Shown here piece after piece: positions 61,223 through 64,000 of a DNA stretch of 64,000 bases. The translations under genes were made by a program, and so were the position numbers. The stretch is taken from sequence record PP274704.1; one strand, 5' to 3'. This DNA is from Escherichia phage ECp13. How positions within the stretch are numbered: position 1 is the stretch's first letter; the number at the start of each line of letters is the position of its first letter. The notes under the pieces are model-generated. The model saw only the letters and a program-made list of their open reading frames with translations, ran no database searches and had not been told where the DNA came from.

Positions 61223-64000
61223 CTATTTTAACCTGTGTTGGATTTTCAGGGTCTCTTGGATTTCCTATATTATCTTTTAGACGTTTATTAACTAAATCTC
61301 TAAATTGTGCAAATGTTGTTCCAGATGCATCAAATAAAGGACTCATTAATTTGCGTCGTTCAGACGGCAATTGACCTTGAAATATTGAATTGTTATTTTC
61401 AGCATTATAGTCATCAGGAAGAGGATATTCTACGCCAGCCATTGGGCCAGGTTCATAAATTGCTTCGCCTGTTACCGAATCATGCTCAATTTCACCAGTC
61501 GGAGTCAATTTAGCTACTCTATCAGCATATTCGGTAGGCAATCCAGAATCCCATTTGTAGTTTTTGTATTTATTAATTATAGTCTCTGTATGTTTAAGAG
61601 TTAAACCAACATTAATAAACATCGTTAAAAGGGTAATTGCTATAAATCCAAATCCTACTGGATGAACAAAACGAATAACGTCAGATTTCCAGCGGGAAGA
61701 AGGCAAATTGGATTTAATTTTCATTACATAATATGATCGACTTCTATTAATATAGTCTATATTATTTTGAAGCAAATCCTTTCCTTTAACTCCACGAATA
61801 ATTTCGCCTTCAAAACTAGGAAGTCTTTCTGCTTTAACTTCTTGACCAGCAATTAATCTTCCCAAAAGATTATGAATAGTTACGGTCCATTGCAATTTAC
61901 CATTAGAATAGCTTCTTTCTATATAAGTAACATTACATCTTCCTGTAGCTGTATAAATCGTTTGTCCTACTAAGTCTTCAGTCAAAGAATCAGATTGAAC
62001 GATTATATCATATTCAGTACCAGCCCCAGATTCAATTTCAATTTCAACCTCTTCATTATAAAGAACTTTAAAAAGAAATTTGTATGATGCTTCAATTCCT
62101 TTAGTAGAATAAAAATCATAGCTACGTGATTCGAAAAATCTTGCAACAGCATCACGTTTGTCAGCATTTAAATAAATGTTTCTTTTATATATCTCTGACC
62201 ACAAATATTCCCATGCATGCTCTTCTCGTGGATATTTGTTACGAATTAAATTTCGTAAATTGTTATACTGAGTTCCATATCCATCAGAAAGATATTGAAT
62301 ATATGCTTCGCAAAATGCTTCAAAATTCGAATCCTGTAACAAATAAGAATCAGGCATCATTGTGCCAATCAATGGTCTTAAATCAGGGTCAGCTAATCCA
62401 CTCTCTTCTTCAGGCGACCAAGGAGTTTCATGTTCTTGGTTTTGTAAAAATGCTTTTAAAAATACTCCAGTTGGCTTCCAAATAATTTCGACAGTGTCTC
62501 TAACACGATAGTTAAAATCGTAGTAAGAAATTATTTCGCCGGAGGCTTTATAGAAAAGCATCCCAGATGCATATTTTTTAAATCCAGTGAATTTAACATT
62601 TGGCATTACTATAGTGCAATCGCCGTCATCCCAGTATTCATGAACTAATCTATCTGGAGATGTTTCTGGAAAATTTTCAATAACTTTAGTGTATTTTAAA
62701 TCAGCATAAACTACTACAGCTCTATCAGAGTTGTTTATCCAACAACGTGTGTTAGATTTTTTAGACCAGTTAAAGAATGGTTCTGCGTAGTATTTCATTG
62801 GCTGAGGCGTAAAAGTTTCCCAATCAGATTTTTCATCTGCTATAAATGCCATCATATGATAATGCTTATCAGCTAACCATTCACGAGGAAATTCATATTT
62901 AACGGCACCAATTAACTGATATTTTGCTGCAGTTTCAGAGTCATTAACAATATTATCACTTAAAAACTTAAAATTACTCGAAGATAGCGAAACTAATTTA
63001 CCGTCAGTTGACATATTCGCATACCCTGGTTGAATACGTCTTCTTTCTTCTTCAGTGTTGCCAAAAACTCTTTTCCATGTTTTTGTGTCATGATTTAAAA
63101 CATATATTCCTTTATCAGCAGAATCAATTATTTTTGATGTTCTAGGATTAGCATTTACTGTTTCAACTTCACCAATAATAAGAGCAAAAACTTTATCACC
63201 GATAGAATCCATTTTATAGCATACTGCTTTAGGATTTCCAGTTATAGTCATTGTATCAGGTTCAAAAAGCCTTTCCGAATATGTTGGAGATAATGGATCA
63301 GAATCTATAGGTGCATTACTCGTTTTTATGTATCTAACTTTGTCTCTGGCGACAACGTAAATGTAATCATCGGTGCAAGTAATAGCTTCTGCAATGCGAT
63401 ATACATTCGCTGGTAAAGTCGCGTAAGTGGCAAAAATTTCTACATCAAATCCTAAATGTAATTGGTCGCCAAGTTTAGCGAATGTTATATCCTGCGAACT
63501 AAATCTGACATCGTCAGCTGACCATCTAACATCAGTAGATTTGCGGCCATAGAAAATCTTGTCGTATCCTAGAACGTATGTTGTGTTCGCAGATTGGTAA
63601 TATACTGTCTTAGATAAAGGATATCCTACGCGGTCATTGAAGAGCTTTACAGCTTTCCAGGTTTGTCCTTTATCATTGGATACTTTAACTACAGGCTGAT
63701 AGCGCTCAAAAAGATATAGAACCCCTTCTGATTCCATCAAATAAACTCGGTTAATATCCTTACATACTTGCTGAATAGAACCCTGTATTTCATGATACTC
63801 ATTTTCACCAATAATAAAATTACTTATTGATGAAACGTCAACATATGATGGGCTGAATTGGAATGATTCATTCATCAATGCAGCCATTATAGTGTCATTA
63901 TTAAAATTAACATAGTTAGAATTATTAAGAGTAAATTTTTCCTGAATGAATTTATTGGCTAATTGCATTTCAATCATGTTTTGAAATGTATAAGCATTTG
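61215..64000 (-). CDS. 7: baseplate wedge initiator, 5' end beyond the window (partial)
   Basis: At least 920 aa; the frame stays open upstream of the ATG at 63977 to the window edge, so the true N-terminus is probably outside. Confidence 0.85.
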   Translation of the reverse strand, partial: NAYTFQNMIEMQLANKFIQEKFTLNNSNYVNFNNDTIMAALMNESFQFSPSYVDVSSISNFIIGENEYHEIQGSIQQVCKDINRVYLMESEGVLYLFERYQPVVKVSNDKGQTWKAVKLFNDRVGYPLSKTVYYQSANTTYVLGYDKIFYGRKSTDVRWSADDVRFSSQDITFAKLGDQLHLGFDVEIFATYATLPANVYRIAEAITCTDDYIYVVARDKVRYIKTSNAPIDSDPLSPTYSERLFEPDTMTITGNPKAVCYKMDSIGDKVFALIIGEVETVNANPRTSKIIDSADKGIYVLNHDTKTWKRVFGNTEEERRRIQPGYANMSTDGKLVSLSSSNFKFLSDNIVNDSETAAKYQLIGAVKYEFPREWLADKHYHMMAFIADEKSDWETFTPQPMKYYAEPFFNWSKKSNTRCWINNSDRAVVVYADLKYTKVIENFPETSPDRLVHEYWDDGDCTIVMPNVKFTGFKKYASGMLFYKASGEIISYYDFNYRVRDTVEIIWKPTGVFLKAFLQNQEHETPWSPEEESGLADPDLRPLIGTMMPDSYLLQDSNFEAFCEAYIQYLSDGYGTQYNNLRNLIRNKYPREEHAWEYLWSEIYKRNIYLNADKRDAVARFFESRSYDFYSTKGIEASYKFLFKVLYNEEVEIEIESGAGTEYDIIVQSDSLTEDLVGQTIYTATGRCNVTYIERSYSNGKLQWTVTIHNLLGRLIAGQEVKAERLPSFEGEIIRGVKGKDLLQNNIDYINRSRSYYVMKIKSNLPSSRWKSDVIRFVHPVGFGFIAITLLTMFINVGLTLKHTETIINKYKNYKWDSGLPTEYADRVAKLTPTGEIEHDSVTGEAIYEPGPMAGVEYPLPDDYNAENNNSIFQGQLPSERRKLMSPLFDASGTTFAQFRDLVNKRLKDNIGNPRDPENPTQVKIDE

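Overview
This window is a contiguous block of a T4-type (Tevenvirinae) myovirus genome, read in the opposite orientation to the standard T4 map, running from the frd-upstream early region to the start of baseplate gene 7. Gene content and order are those of T4: frd, td, nrdA, nrdB, denA, rnlA, alc, pseT, cd, 31, rIII, the 30.x small-ORF cluster, 30 (DNA ligase), alt, then on the minus strand 54-48-29-28-27-51, then 26, 25, uvsY, uvsW, inh, hoc, rnlB, and the minus-strand structural block 24-23-22-21-68-67-20-19-18-17-16-15-14-13-wac-12-11-10-9-8-7. Calls rest on motifs read in the ORF translations, product lengths, synteny, and the expected T4 promoter and terminator signals; nothing was searched against a database. 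Most of the window is well-described T4 biology, and I found no clearly novel multi-gene system. The places where it departs from what I recall of T4 are: rnlA is split by an apparent 1-nt deletion; there are two full-length tandem alt-type ADP-ribosyltransferase genes; an HNH endonuclease cassette sits between genes 18 and 19; Hoc is about one Ig-like domain longer; td and nrdB are uninterrupted and the T4 seg/mob endonucleases are absent; and two loci share an identical 54-nt promoter-leader. No tRNA, rRNA or CRISPR features were seen.
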